This document shows, piece after piece, positions 13,586 to 31,701 of a stretch of 64,000 nt of DNA. The notes under the pieces are model-generated. The model was not told the origin of the DNA. It searched no databases and saw nothing but the letters and a program-made list of their open reading frames with translations. The translations under genes and the position numbers were made by a program. Every line of letters starts with the position of its first letter. Within the stretch, counting starts at the first letter, position 1. Origin of the DNA: Paraspadella gotoi (taxonomy: Eukaryota; Animalia; Chaetognatha); assembly GCA_051294375.1 (NCBI GenBank), contig CM119266.1:22139875-22203874 (forward strand), in the 5' to 3' direction.

Positions 13586-14968
13586 GAGAGAGAGAGAGAG
13601 AAAAGAAAAACTTCACTCGCAATCGTCATTTCCCGAGTCTAAAAAAATGAGGGTAGTGACTGGTGAGAACTTGATATGAAAGGAGTTAGTCGCAGCTGCT
13701 CTTCCTAATTACTTAAGTGTGTCGCTGTGATGTCAACGAACGAAGTCTTACAGTTTGAATGTAGAAACATTTAATTTTAACAAATTTGTCAATTAGATTT
13801 TCAGCATTTATTAAACAATAGATATTAGACAAGCTTCAGATCGTCGGAAAACTTTTCTGTTCTCTTTCTAGCTGAGCCCAGGCGAGCTACGTCAATTAAT
13901 TGATACAACTTTATTACCGGAATAATTAGAGCATTTTTAAATTACAGGAATATATTTCAGTTTTTACAGATAAAAGTGGCGCAGTCATTGCAAAACAAAC
14001 ATAAAGCGACTAGGGCTCGATCATGTTTCTGTATATGCACACAGACAAAATACATTTACGCATATTAAGGAAGGAAAACTCAATTCATTTCTTGGTTAAA
14101 AAGACTAAAATTTGATTAAACGATGAGACAAAACTAATACTTGTAATTTAGAATATACATTTGAGAAGGTATATCAGTGAAGACAAAGCTCACCCGATGT
14201 AATTTGGGTAAATAGTTACAAAGTAATACCAGGTCATTGTTGCGTGACATTATGTCGCAAAGTTAGACATAAGCAAGAATCATCTAGAAAATATCAAATG
14301 TTGTTCACGACTTTAATGAAGAACAATGGAAATTAAGAAAGGTACGTAGTTGTATTCGAAACGACAACAACAGCAACACGACGTCGTAAAAAAATTTAGT
14401 AGCAGTAGAGTACAAATTCTAAGCATTTTATTATCACTTTGAATACAATATACTAAAACATGTTAGCATTAAAACACTTTATAAATAGTTACTTGTTACA
14501 TTGATAGTCGGAAGAGGGAAACGGAAACAACAAATTTCAACTTGTTACAAATAAAAATATATGTTGTCCGCTTTTCTTTTTCATTTTCGAAAATTCTAAA
14601 ATAAAAAGACATTTACATAATTTAACCGACGATCGCATTGATGCCATGTGATCAATTGCAACCATTAAATATAATTTTTTCTTCAAGCAACTCTTTATTT
14701 GTTTGAACCAAAAATAAAATTCGAAACATGAAAAAACTTAAAAATCAGCCGACCAATATATAAAGGACACAAGAAACGACCATTTTTACACCAGGCAATT
14801 ACGGTTAATAAATAGAAAAATTACTACGACTAATTTTTTTTCCTTGTATCTCGTATTTTTTGAGACGGACCGATTAACTAAATACGGATCTATTTTCCAG
14901 AAGCCCCGGATTTCAGTTTGATGGCTTGAGCAAATGCAGACTTCAACTTTTTTTTTTTCGTGATGCAA

Positions 14969-16373
14969 TTAAAACCTACATGGAGAAAAAAGCGCCTTGG
15001 CCTCCGTCTTGAAGTTGGTGTTAAAGACGGAATAAATGAGAGGATTGACGGCCGAGGCCAGATAGAACGAGTATCTGGTTGGGAGATTGTGGTCGATAAA
15101 TTCGTGAAACTGAAGCACGAATGGGATCCATGTTGCCACGCCCACCACAGTGACCAGAATGAGGGTGGCGAGTGTGTTGACCTGCGCGGTGTCCGTTATG
15201 GACGGACGGGTCCTCGGCGCTGGAGACGAAGGCGCCGTGGAGCCGGGAGTAGGCGCAGAGTCGAGCCGACTTATGGCGGGAAGGGCTTTGCCGGAACATG
15301 CGCCGGGACTGGACACGCCCGACTTTGGCGCCTCGGCGTCTGTGCAGTGGCGCTGTTGGTTCTCGTGAGTTCCGGTGGCGTCTTCCTCCGTTGGTCCTTG
15401 GAATCGACCACGCGGAAGAACAATCGGCGACGAGCCGGCTTTGACGTAGGAATCGGTCGTTCGCGGAACCTCTTCGTTAGCGCGATGGCTTTTGCCGCGA
15501 AGCTCCTCGATTTCTCCGCCGCAAGCGCCGCCAACACCGACGCCCCTGGCGCCGACCGCGGGCCGCAAAGACATCGGCGCGTCGGCTTTTTGGTTGTAGC
15601 GATAGATGCCGCGAAAAACGAGCGCGTAGAGAAAGATGGCGGCGAAGACGAAGCTGATGATTATGAAGTCCACGACAACAATGAAAGTGTTGACGACTTT
15701 GTTAAACGTGGCGCGATCTTCGAGTCTTTCCCAAGAGTAGCGGTAGATAAAACCCTCTAGCAAAAACGGAATTGCGAAGATGAGAGAAGCGACGAAGGTG
15801 AGGCCGACGCCGAGTTTAGACGAACCAGCGCGATGGACGTGGCGGAAGCGATGAGGACGCGCCACCGCCACGAACCGATCGAACGCGATCGTCGTGAGCA
15901 GCATGAGGGAGAAGTAGTTGGCCGTCCACAGGACGTAGTTGTAGACGGTCTTGTAAACGATTAGAACGTCGGAGTTGCAAGACGAGGACGATGCGTCGTT
16001 GAAATTGGCGTCAAGAGTCGCATTGACGTTCTCCAAGAAAGCGACGAGGCTCGTGGAGTTGATCCTCGATCTGTCGGCGGCGGGCGGTGATACTCGCGTG
16101 CACGCAGTCGCGTTTTACCGCCATGAAGATCGAGGAAGGGATGAGGAAAACGGCGGTGACGAAGTCGCTTCCCGCCAGCGACATGATGTAGGGTGGTTGA
16201 GGCGGACTTGCGGCGCATGCGTCCGTGCACGAGCAGCACGAGCGCGTTACCGATGCTGCCCACCGCCGCCAGAAAGCCGAGCCAGGCGAAACTGGGCCAA
16301 CCGACTTCCTTCTCCACGTTGTATTTGTCGAGAGAGAGGCGGCGTCGTCGCTGACCAAGAGGGTCTGATTATT
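14969..16373 (-). pseudogene. Class A (rhodopsin-like) GPCR, frameshifted in this assembly (pseudogene or sequencing error)
   Basis: TM1 (FLAAVGSIGNALVLLV) is in ORF 15961..16317; TM2 (YIMSLAGSDFVTAVFLIP) is in ORF 16011..16562; TM3-7 (IAFDRFVAVARP, TWIPF, SAVNPLIYS) are in ORF 14969..16036. Start codon not located; candidate acceptor at 16374. Confidence 0.9.
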
Positions 16374-16415
16374 CTGAGAATGAAATCGCCGGGTAAAGAA
16401 GAAGAGAGAGAGAGA

Positions 16416-16498
<83 letters not shown>

Positions 16499-16502
16499 GG
16501 GG

Positions 16503-16547
<45 letters not shown>

Positions 16548-18215
16548 TGGAGAGCAAAACAAAAAGAGGAAAAGTAATTAGGAGATTTTCATTAAGCAAA
16601 ACGTTTACAAAGAGAAAATGAAATGAAACCGAATTGGTTGAAAACTAAATAAAATAAAATGAAATGAAATAATTGAAATATCGAGGTGAGGAAGAGTGTG
16701 GCTTCCGAGAGCCCGTTATCTCTTTCCATTTTCTTATGGGCATTCATTAAAAGAGTTTTTTCTTCATTTAAAATTGTAAATAAAAATTTAATTAGAGCGA
16801 TGACGGAGATGACGTCGAAACAGAAGGAATATGGAAATCAATATGACCTTGCAAAGATAAATTTCAAATTACCTTTAAACTACTTTCCGTTTTTTATTAC
16901 AATTAGGCTAGAAAGTTTTTTTTTTCTATTAATTAATTTTTTTAAGCGGAAATAAATGTTTTTAAACTTTTCATGCAATTATTCAATTATTCACAAAAGG
17001 AAAAGTGATTGAAGAGAAAATTAATTTATCTTTCAATTCATGCAAGTTGCAACAGATTGAGACAAAATACTACTTCTTTTTATTGTTTTCTCTTTGTGAT
17101 CCTTACCCTGACTTCCGAAACTATAAATTGACCTAAATTACAATTTGTCCCACAGACAAAACATTTCGTCAAAAAAATTAAGATTTGTCCAGGCAATTCG
17201 TTTTGAAAATAAAAATCCAATTTGGTACTATGCGATTTCTATAACTATAAATTACTATACATACTATACATTACTATACAAACCTGTTGAAAATTCTCGA
17301 ACGTAGTCATTTTAACCCTGGACTCCACCGAGTTATCGAGTTACTGAAACAAAGAAAAGAAAAAAAATTCGAAATTAAAAAAAGTTTTTTATTTTACAGT
17401 AAAGCTAAATTGTTTTTACCTTTGAAGTTTTAGTTAAAGTCTAAAATTTATTCTTTTTTACACTTCCGAAACAGTGAAAGAAACTTTCAATTTTCCCGAT
17501 CAGTTATCAGATCGCAGATTGGTCGAGCGACGTTTAATATTGCGCTGGCGCCGCCGAAATCGCTCGTGGCGCCGCGTCGCGTTGGCGGCGCCATGCGCGG
17601 TGCGCGAATCATGATTTCAAACGCGCGCGCGTCTCCGAGCCGTCGCCGTGATGCTGCTTGAGAGAGAGCGAGAGAGAGATAGAGAGACTTTGAGGGAAAT
17701 AGAGAGAAATGAAGACATGAAGACAGAACATTATTTACCTCGTCGAAATTAAGCTCATCTTTATGAGCGGCGGAATAATCGACACAGCCTGTCGACTGGG
17801 TCTAGTGTCTAGTGTCTAGTGAGGACACATAGTTGCGTTTCAGTTCGTAGTTTGCACTCAATTATTTCCGACAAGCGACAAGGACTAAAAATGTGACAGT
17901 GTGGAACTGAAACTTGTGTCGTCCTCAACAGTGACTTTAAAAAAAATATCATTATGTATCATGTGATATTTTTTTACACAAGTATAAGGGACAAAACCGA
18001 TAACTATAACTAAGGAAAATATAATTAAAGTAATATTGACAAACGAAAATTTGCTTCCTCTTCCGAGTTATATTCTGCACTTTTACGTTCTGATGTACGT
18101 AATAAAGGTTTAGTTCTGTTACAAAGTAAGATGCCAAACCTAAAAACCAAATAAGAAAATGAGAAGAGAAGAAGAGAAGAAGAAAAAAAGAAAAGAAAAG
18201 AAAATGAAAGCAAGA

Positions 18216-18565
18216 ACGGTAATTCCAATGTGTTGCGCGGCCGTGACTTTATTTCCACATATATTTCCCTTTGATCATATGATATGACATGACATGACAT
18301 GGCAAAACTAAAAAACATTTTTTGCCCGTGTATTTATGACATGGACTGCATAAAATTCCATCTTTTATTCTTTATATAGTTTTAGAAATTCCTGAAGGTG
18401 GCGTTAGATTTAAGTTTTTTTTTTTGTCTTAACAAATGAGCAACCAACTATAGGCAAATTTTATGCATTTTTAACGACAGACGGACATACCGACGGACTG
18501 ATGGACCGACTGACAGACCGACCGAAAAGTGACTTATAGAGTTGCTCCGCGGGGCAACTAAAAAA
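18216..18565 (-). mobile_element. DINE-1/HINE-like element, family B
   Basis: Same termini and internal microsatellites as 12281-12620; ends gcggggcaactaaaaa. Confidence 0.75.
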
Positions 18566-18837
18566 GAAAAGAGTGGGACTGCAATGAAAGACGGAGAGTC
18601 ATAGGAATTAATAGGATTGAGGGAGGATTTGCCGAGTCGCTGAAAGGCCAACCGCTACGACACCGACCGACATAAGTTTTTTTCCGTAACGAGGATTATT
18701 GATCTCGTTGCTTCCAACTTTTTATTTACATACTACGTCTTATCTTCTTACGATATATAAATTAATAACCATTTTAATATTTGAAGTAATTTGATTGAAA
18801 AATTATTAGGGCCAGCAAAAAAATAGTATTTTTGTTG

Positions 18838-19522
18838 TGTTGGAAGCAGAATCTCGCGAATGGAAATCGGATTCCCATGGATTAAAATGCGATTGAAATC
18901 GGATTTTTGTGGATTGAAATCGGATTCTTGTGAATTGAAATCGGATTCTCATGGACGGATATTGATTTTCAATAATAGACTCGATTTGATTATTTAAAGA
19001 CTTAATATTTATTTCCTTATATTCGCGTTTCTTATTAATGTTCATTGATTCATATTTAATAATATGTTCTTTATTCTAGCCGAGTGAGCGTTATATTTTA
19101 TAAGCCGGCTGGTATGCCTTATGAGTGTGTAGTCCATATATTCCATATTTGGAAGGTGTCTCTCGAGTTCTCTATTCTCTATAGATCCATACTTAGATGG
19201 TAGCCATTGTCGTAAAATGTGCCATTATTTGTTTCAGAGTCATGATTTTGGCAGAAGATTTAGTAGTTAATCATAATAATGATTTGGTCTTTTCATGCCA
19301 ATAATATGAAAAAGAAAACAAATTATTTCTGGAGAGAACATGATTTTTATTCTTAATTATAATCACTGATCTTCAGAGACTTCTGTCTCCCTCAAAAGTT
19401 CTCAAAGGTTTTGTTATGTACCTTTGAGGGCTTCGTTGCGCCGCCGCAGATTTCAATCCGATTTCAATCCGATTTCAATCCATGAGAATCGGATTTCCTT
19501 TCGCGAGATTCTGCTTCCAACA
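18838..19522. mobile_element. Non-autonomous TIR element (MITE), TGT...ACA ends, 4-bp TSD GTTG; Ginger-like
   Basis: Left tgttggaagcagaatctcgcgaatggaaatcggattcccatggatt matches the reverse complement of right aatccatgagaatcggatttcctttcgcgagattctgcttccaaca. GTTG flanks at 18834-18837 and 19523-19526. Subterminal gattgaaatcgg repeats. Confidence 0.85.
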
Positions 19523-20058
19523 GTTGTAGTGAGAAAGATATTTATTTTTTGGCCAATGAAGAGCCAGTAAGGAAGCGCCTGATATTTAAGTAGTATTGAT
19601 CATTAATTTGTAATTACTTGTTAAATTAGTAAGATATCTTAATTGTATGAAAAGACCACTCCCTTAAGTATTAGAATGGGGAATACTATTGAAGAAAATG
19701 TTATGCCTCGCCTCTCTCTCTCTCTCTATCAGGTCAATCACATTTGACCACTTTGTATTCGTGATATTAACCGCCCTATTTTAAGGTCAACTTAATTTTT
19801 ATTCTCCTTTACCAAAATGTACCATTCAATATCCATATATCGAATCATGTAAGCGTCTGCCCGTTTGAAATAATAATTTTTATGGGTTTTGATTATGAAA
19901 ATATAATAATAATTATCCAAAACTCTCGTCGTACCTTTCGGACGGGCGACGCCTCGAATGCGCGCCCCCTTGAGGCATAGAAAATAGTAGCACATTTGCT
20001 GCAACTATATAGTACTCCGCTTATAATCTAAATACAAGGAGCTAAATTTGGTGATTTA

Positions 20059-20117
20059 TTAAGGCCTCCATCACTCTTACAAGATAATGACATAGCAGAT
20101 CCCTGCAAGCTTTCAAT
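20059..20117 (+). repeat. Repeat family A, 3' half
   Basis: ttaaggcctccatcactcttacaagataatgacatagcagatccctgcaagctttcaat is near-identical to 58698-58756. Confidence 0.9.
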
Positions 20118-20245
20118 CAAGACTCTCTCACAGTCTCGTTTATTCGATAGTAAGACTTTCAACTAGAACGAGAACCAGCCTTAGTGAATAATATGAGATA
20201 ATATAGTGTAGACTCACTAAATATGTATGCTAAGTATATTTAAAA

Positions 20246-20304
<59 letters not shown>

Positions 20305-21090
20305 TTTTCCGCGAATTCTATTAGCGATTATCGGTTTCCTTAACGTCCTCACGAGGCTGAAAGTTGAAACTTCCGGTTCCGGATTTCTACCTCCCTCAGA
20401 GTCAGACCTTCAACCTCTGATACTTTTTTAACTCTCAGACTCTTAGACTTTCCGACTCTTAAGGTTCTCTGGTTTAATCTCTCTATCGGCCGTCAACTCC
20501 AACGCAGCGGAAATGTTTTCTCGATACAAAAAAAAAAAATAAATAAATAAAAACGGAACAGAGATATTAGCTTTGTGACTTGTTGGATAACTATGTAATT
20601 TCCATACGATTCTAAGTACTCAAGTGTTAAGGAATTGCAACATATTTTATTCTTTTGTTAAACCTGACTATTTCCGCGATTTTCGGTAATAAAAGAACAT
20701 ATTGTCAAACGGTTTTGCTTCATTTGGACGGCGAGACAAAATTTCGTGTGACGAAAGATGACAAAGAGTCGAAGACTATGCCGCGTCGAAAAAAACAGAA
20801 GCGACTCAGTAAAAAAAAACTTTTTAATAACTTATGGAAAAAAAAATTTGTTAAAAAAAAAAAGCAGCACAGGTATTGAAAAGTTAGGACTGTACAACCG
20901 AAACGACCGCCATCTTTTGTGGAATAATAACGGCTCGCCCTTTTTTGCTCCCAGTGGCCCCGCCAACCACGTAATAATATGAAACATTCCGTTAACCATC
21001 CTCAGCTAGAAAATGCGATTTTTCGACGGACCGAATTTCGGGTCATCGAATTCTCTTATCCCTCTTCCTCCACCCAGACTATCCCTTCCC

Positions 21091-21172
21091 CCATCTCCCC
21101 CTCCTCTTCCTCCATCTCCCCCTCTTCTTCCTCCATCTCCCTCTCCTCTTCCTCCATCTCCCCTCCTCTTCC
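21091..21172 (+). repeat. 21-bp pyrimidine-rich minisatellite, ~4 units
   Basis: Unit ccatctccccctcctcttcct with variants. Confidence 0.8.
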
Positions 21173-21435
21173 CCCCCAATCTTGAAAAAATGTCAGTTTC
21201 TTGACGGAGCGAAGAGCGACTTGTCACGCGCCACTGGAGGGTCAGTCTCGATGGAACCGCGCGGGTCAGCGACGGACTCGTCGCGGCTGAGAGGAAAACT
21301 GAATCGTTGTTGTTGTTGTTGTTGTTGTTTAGAAAGGAAGTACGTGGATAGGTTTTGACGGTTGTGTGGCTTGGGATTCGAGAGACGAGGAGTTCCGAGA
21401 GCAATCAGGCGCTTTTCTTTTTTTTCTCCCTCTTC

Positions 21436-27016
<5,581 letters not shown>

Positions 27017-27206
27017 GTTACGCGGACAACTCGGACTCTCTGCTCACTTTGAGCTCTACTTTGATTTTGAACTTCATGATGAAAAGTCGAGTGAAAGAGA
27101 GACAGAGATGGAGAGAGTGAGCGAGAGAGAGAGGGGGGGGGGAAGAAATACAGGGATTCGAATCTAGCACGCTCTCCGGGGTACACCGACGCTCGACCAG
27201 AGAGCA

Positions 27207-27289
<83 letters not shown>

Positions 27290-29501
27290 CGCTCTCACTC
27301 GCTCGTTCAGAGAAAGGAGAGGCTCGCAACGTTTGTATCATTAAAACTCTCTTTTTTTCTTTTTACAAAATATTTTTTCTTTCTCAGCCATTGAGTCAAG
27401 TTGAAATTTTTACTAGGTTAAATTAATTTTTTCTTTTCAATTTGGTTTTTATTTTCTTTTTTAAATCAAATTACAGATAAGATGTTTTGCTAATTGTCCG
27501 CATTACTTCTTAAAAGAGAGTGAAAGAGGAAGTGAATGAGCGAAAGAAAGAAAGAAAGAAAATAAGAAAGAAAAAAAGAAAAAAGAAAGAAAGAAAAAGA
27601 GAGAAACTGCGTAAAAAAAGGGAGAGAGGGAGAGAAAGAGAGACAACAAAAATAAGAGAAAGATAGGGAGAGAGAGCGAGAGAGAGCGAGTCTCGGTCGT
27701 TATCGATAACTCGAGAACGCGATGATTCTTAACTAAGGACGAAGGAATTATGAACGAAGGTATGAAAGGGAAAGATGAATTTTATCTCGCATACACTTGA
27801 GAAGAGCGAATGAATTCGCCTTCTTTCTTTCTTTCTTTCTTTTTTCTTCAATTTTATTTTTTTAAAAGCTTTTAACCTTTAAGTTTACGTAAACAGGTTT
27901 GTCTGAGATTATGCGGAAAATTTTTAAAAAAAAGTTTTTTAAATTGAATTGAAGCAATTCAATTCGATATTCTTTTCTTTTTTTATTTATTTTATTTTTC
28001 TGATGTTAACGTAAAGAAGCAACGAGAGGGAGAGGTAAAGCGACATGCAGTGCAAGCAGCGATTTTCCGCATACTTTCGAAATTTACAAGCAAGAAATGG
28101 AAGATGAATAATGAAAAAGAAACGCTCTTGAGCTGGAAACATTTGTATTGCTAGTACATGGTCAAATATATCAACTCACTTGAAGTTAAATAAAATTTAG
28201 TTTATATTAAGTTCAACTTAAATTTTTTTACTTAAATTTCTTTGCATTTTTCCCCAAAAAAATTATCATGCAAATATCAACGAAAATTAAAAAAAAAATA
28301 TATATATATATATTGGTCAAACATTATCTCCTTAATATTTTTGTTTTCTTAACGTTCGTAAAAGACAACAGAAAAGAACATTTAAATAAAAAACAAGTCA
28401 AGTCTCCTCCTCACCTGATCCCTTCTTTTTTTTCCCCATTTTTAGTCTAAGAAAAAAAAAAAGAGGGAAACCCATTTAATCCCGATTTTACGTCATCTAT
28501 AAAACGAATTGGAACTTCTGCTTCATCTCTTAACTCGGAATATCCCAAATCGATATCGAATCCAAAAAAAAAAGAATGATTTTTTTTCTCCCTTTTTTAG
28601 CAGAAGTTGGTTAATTAATTTTAAAAGATATGGATATATTTAATGCCTTGGGCTTAGTGTAAATAAAGTAACAGCCTTATTCAAGAGCAGCCACGGGATT
28701 CGCGGGCGAATCAACAGCAACTGTTGCAGCACTATATTCTATTCCTACTGTATATACTATTTCCAAAGATGCAAAATAAATTAACCGGGAATTTGGGATA
28801 GTTAGCGACGATTTTAGTCTTGATAGGAATCTAGTTATCTTAAACTGAGTTTATATGCACAAGTTATCAAGGGCGACTTAAAAAGTTATATAAGGTTCAA
28901 TTTATCGGAACAAATTTAATTTGTTTGGAATGAATTGACCTAATTGTAACATTATTGTAGCTTTCCAAACTACATTGTTCAAATAATCTATCGATAATTA
29001 GGCTATAAATCGCGCCAGACAACTTGCTTCAATAAACCCTAAAAATTTCAACAGTTTCTGCTGTCGCTCTCCCCCTCTTTCTCCCGAACAGGACGATGTA
29101 GAAAGAAGTTATACTTGGCAACGATAGAGACAGAGACGTCGGCGGGAAAAAGAGACGAGAGGCCGGCCGGCGAGAAAAAAAAAAATCCTTGCGAGTTTTG
29201 CGCCGTCAAAATGATTTTTTCTCCCGACGTCGTTGCAAAAGTTTATAGTTTTTTGTTTTTTTGTTTTGTTTTTTTTAATTCGCGGAAAAATAAAGTTTTT
29301 TCTTCCTTTTTTGGTCAGATTTGGAATAAAAAAAAGTTGATACTCGAAGCCAAGATTTGATTTCTTTTCGCTCTTAAATTCCTTCTCTTTCTCTCTTTTA
29401 CGGCGGAGGGGGTAAGAAAAAACGATTCTCGTTTTTGCCTGGCTGATCCTAGATTCGAGGCGAGATTCAACTCAACAACATCATCGCGATCATCGTCGTC
29501 G

Positions 29502-29537
<36 letters not shown>

Positions 29538-30978
29538 CCGACATCATTCTCTCGATCGCGCAACTCGAACCAATCGCCTCGCGGAAAACCCGGCGTTTAT
29601 GACATACGGAGATGATTTTCATCCTTCGAGAGACGAGGAAAAAGTTTTCGATCCTTTGACTTAATTTTTTTAATTCTTTCTTTTTTTTCACAGTTTTTCT
29701 GTAAAAAAAAAATGGTGGAGATCTTTTGGCGATGATTCGTAGGTCAGGAGCGACTCAGTTGGATTTCATGGGATTTAGAGTAACTGAGATTTCCTCTCCC
29801 TTTTCTTCTTCGAATCGAGTCTCAAGAAAAAAAAATCCTTTTTGTTCTTTTGTTCGCACGATTTCTCTACAAAATCCCAATGGGTCGAGAGGTCAGGGTG
29901 AATTTCGAGACTCCGTAATCGAGTCCACGAACAATTACGCCCACTACGCTTAAAATCACGTTACTTGCCTTACTTTTCACTCGCTCTAAATTTAAAACAC
30001 CTCCCTCACCATTCACCACCTCGCCCTGGATTCCACCCCCCATTCTTTTCGCTTGTGTTATCACTCCCACTCCCTTTTTCGATTCCCAGTTCTGAATCAC
30101 CTTCACCTCCGGATTTTTCTATGGCTTCCTTCAAAAGTTTTTAACCTCCGCGGGATGCGAAGATTTTTCTCTTCAACAAGACAACATCATCAATTAAATA
30201 GAAGAGAAGAGAAGAGAGATGGATGAAATATAAAAAAAAGAGCAATCCGAGGAGAAGGAACAAAAACCATATGCTAAGAGGATGTGGATAGTGGATGCGT
30301 CATCCCATTATATAAAAAAATGTATGTTCTCATATTTGAATATGTAATTAATCACAGAATCCGGAGTTACAACCATAAAAATAACAACTTTGCAATTCAA
30401 AGCGTAAATCTGTAGTTTGACAATTTATTTACAGCGGATAATTTGCTAGAGATTATCTAATGCTCACAATCCGAATACGTAACTCCGTAAATGTTCGTTA
30501 GGCTATTCATGAACCCCCGCCTTTATTTTTTAAATTTCTTTTCTTTACTTTGCCGGGAAAATTGAAAACTACACCGTACCGCAGGAATGATTTACGTGTT
30601 TGAAAACAATTCGCATTGGTTCAGATAAGCTTAGAATAGAAAAATAAATTATTTTCTAAAGTTTATTAAAAGGAAAAAATATTTAAAAGCTCTCGACATA
30701 TAAACAAACAAAGTAACAATTCGATTGTTTGTTTGTATTCGTAGGATTCTTTCTTGAGTAACAATTCCTGGCCAACACATGCATGCAATTTTATATTAAA
30801 ATATATACAGAGCAAGATATTAAAGAAATAGGAGTTTCCTTTAATTGTAATATAATTTCATAACCAAATGTTGACCACTTTATTCTTTGTACACCGACTT
30901 TACGTGACCTGCTTTCGCTCTGTCTCTATTTCAATCATCTAAACCTTCAATCTCTCATCTTCGTCTCTGTCTCTATCT

Positions 30979-31606
30979 TTACTTTGACTCAGTCTCATTC
31001 GTCGCTTCATGCGGCGTCGCGCATCTTCGTCGCAAAACCCAAGAGACGTCGACGCCGGCGTCGAGGAACTCCTTGAGGTATCCCAAGATTCTACCCTTGG
31101 AGAGAATATGGTCGAAGAACCTAAAAGTCACAAGCATATTAGACTTAAAAAGGTTCAGAGGGGGATTTTCGGTTGAAAGGTGACCAAGGTTATCAAAGGT
31201 GACCAAGTCCTTTCTTGTGTGTTGACCGTTAAATACACACACTATTGTGCATATTTTATTATTTTTATTATTCTGATAGTTATTGGTTTGACAGGTTCTT
31301 CACTCTCATTCTTGTACCGTTCTATCCTTGAGTTAAGCGATCGTGATTGAACCAATTAATTAGGTAATGTTTATTCAACTCAAACCAGTAATCCAACCAA
31401 TAATAAAGCCATAAACACCTCATGATGAATTCTTGTTGGTCCTCAGTTAAGATTTTCCTCGGCATCAATAGCGTCGTGGGAGGTTCCATTAGCACCTTTT
31501 CACCCGAAGACCATCGAGCGATCATTTCCGCCCAATCGTTGCCGACACCGAGTCCGGAAAATCGACTAAATGGGAGGGGGGGAAGAGAAAAAATCACTGT
31601 CTCTCT

Positions 31607-31701
<95 letters not shown>

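Noticed and set aside
18880-18960. Spaced ~21-bp repeats resembling a CRISPR-like array
   Set aside because: No unique spacers; they are subterminal repeats of the MITE in a eukaryotic genome.
28696-28711. Palindrome gattcgcgggcgaatc as a possible Helitron 3' hairpin
   Set aside because: No following CTRR terminus and no second copy.
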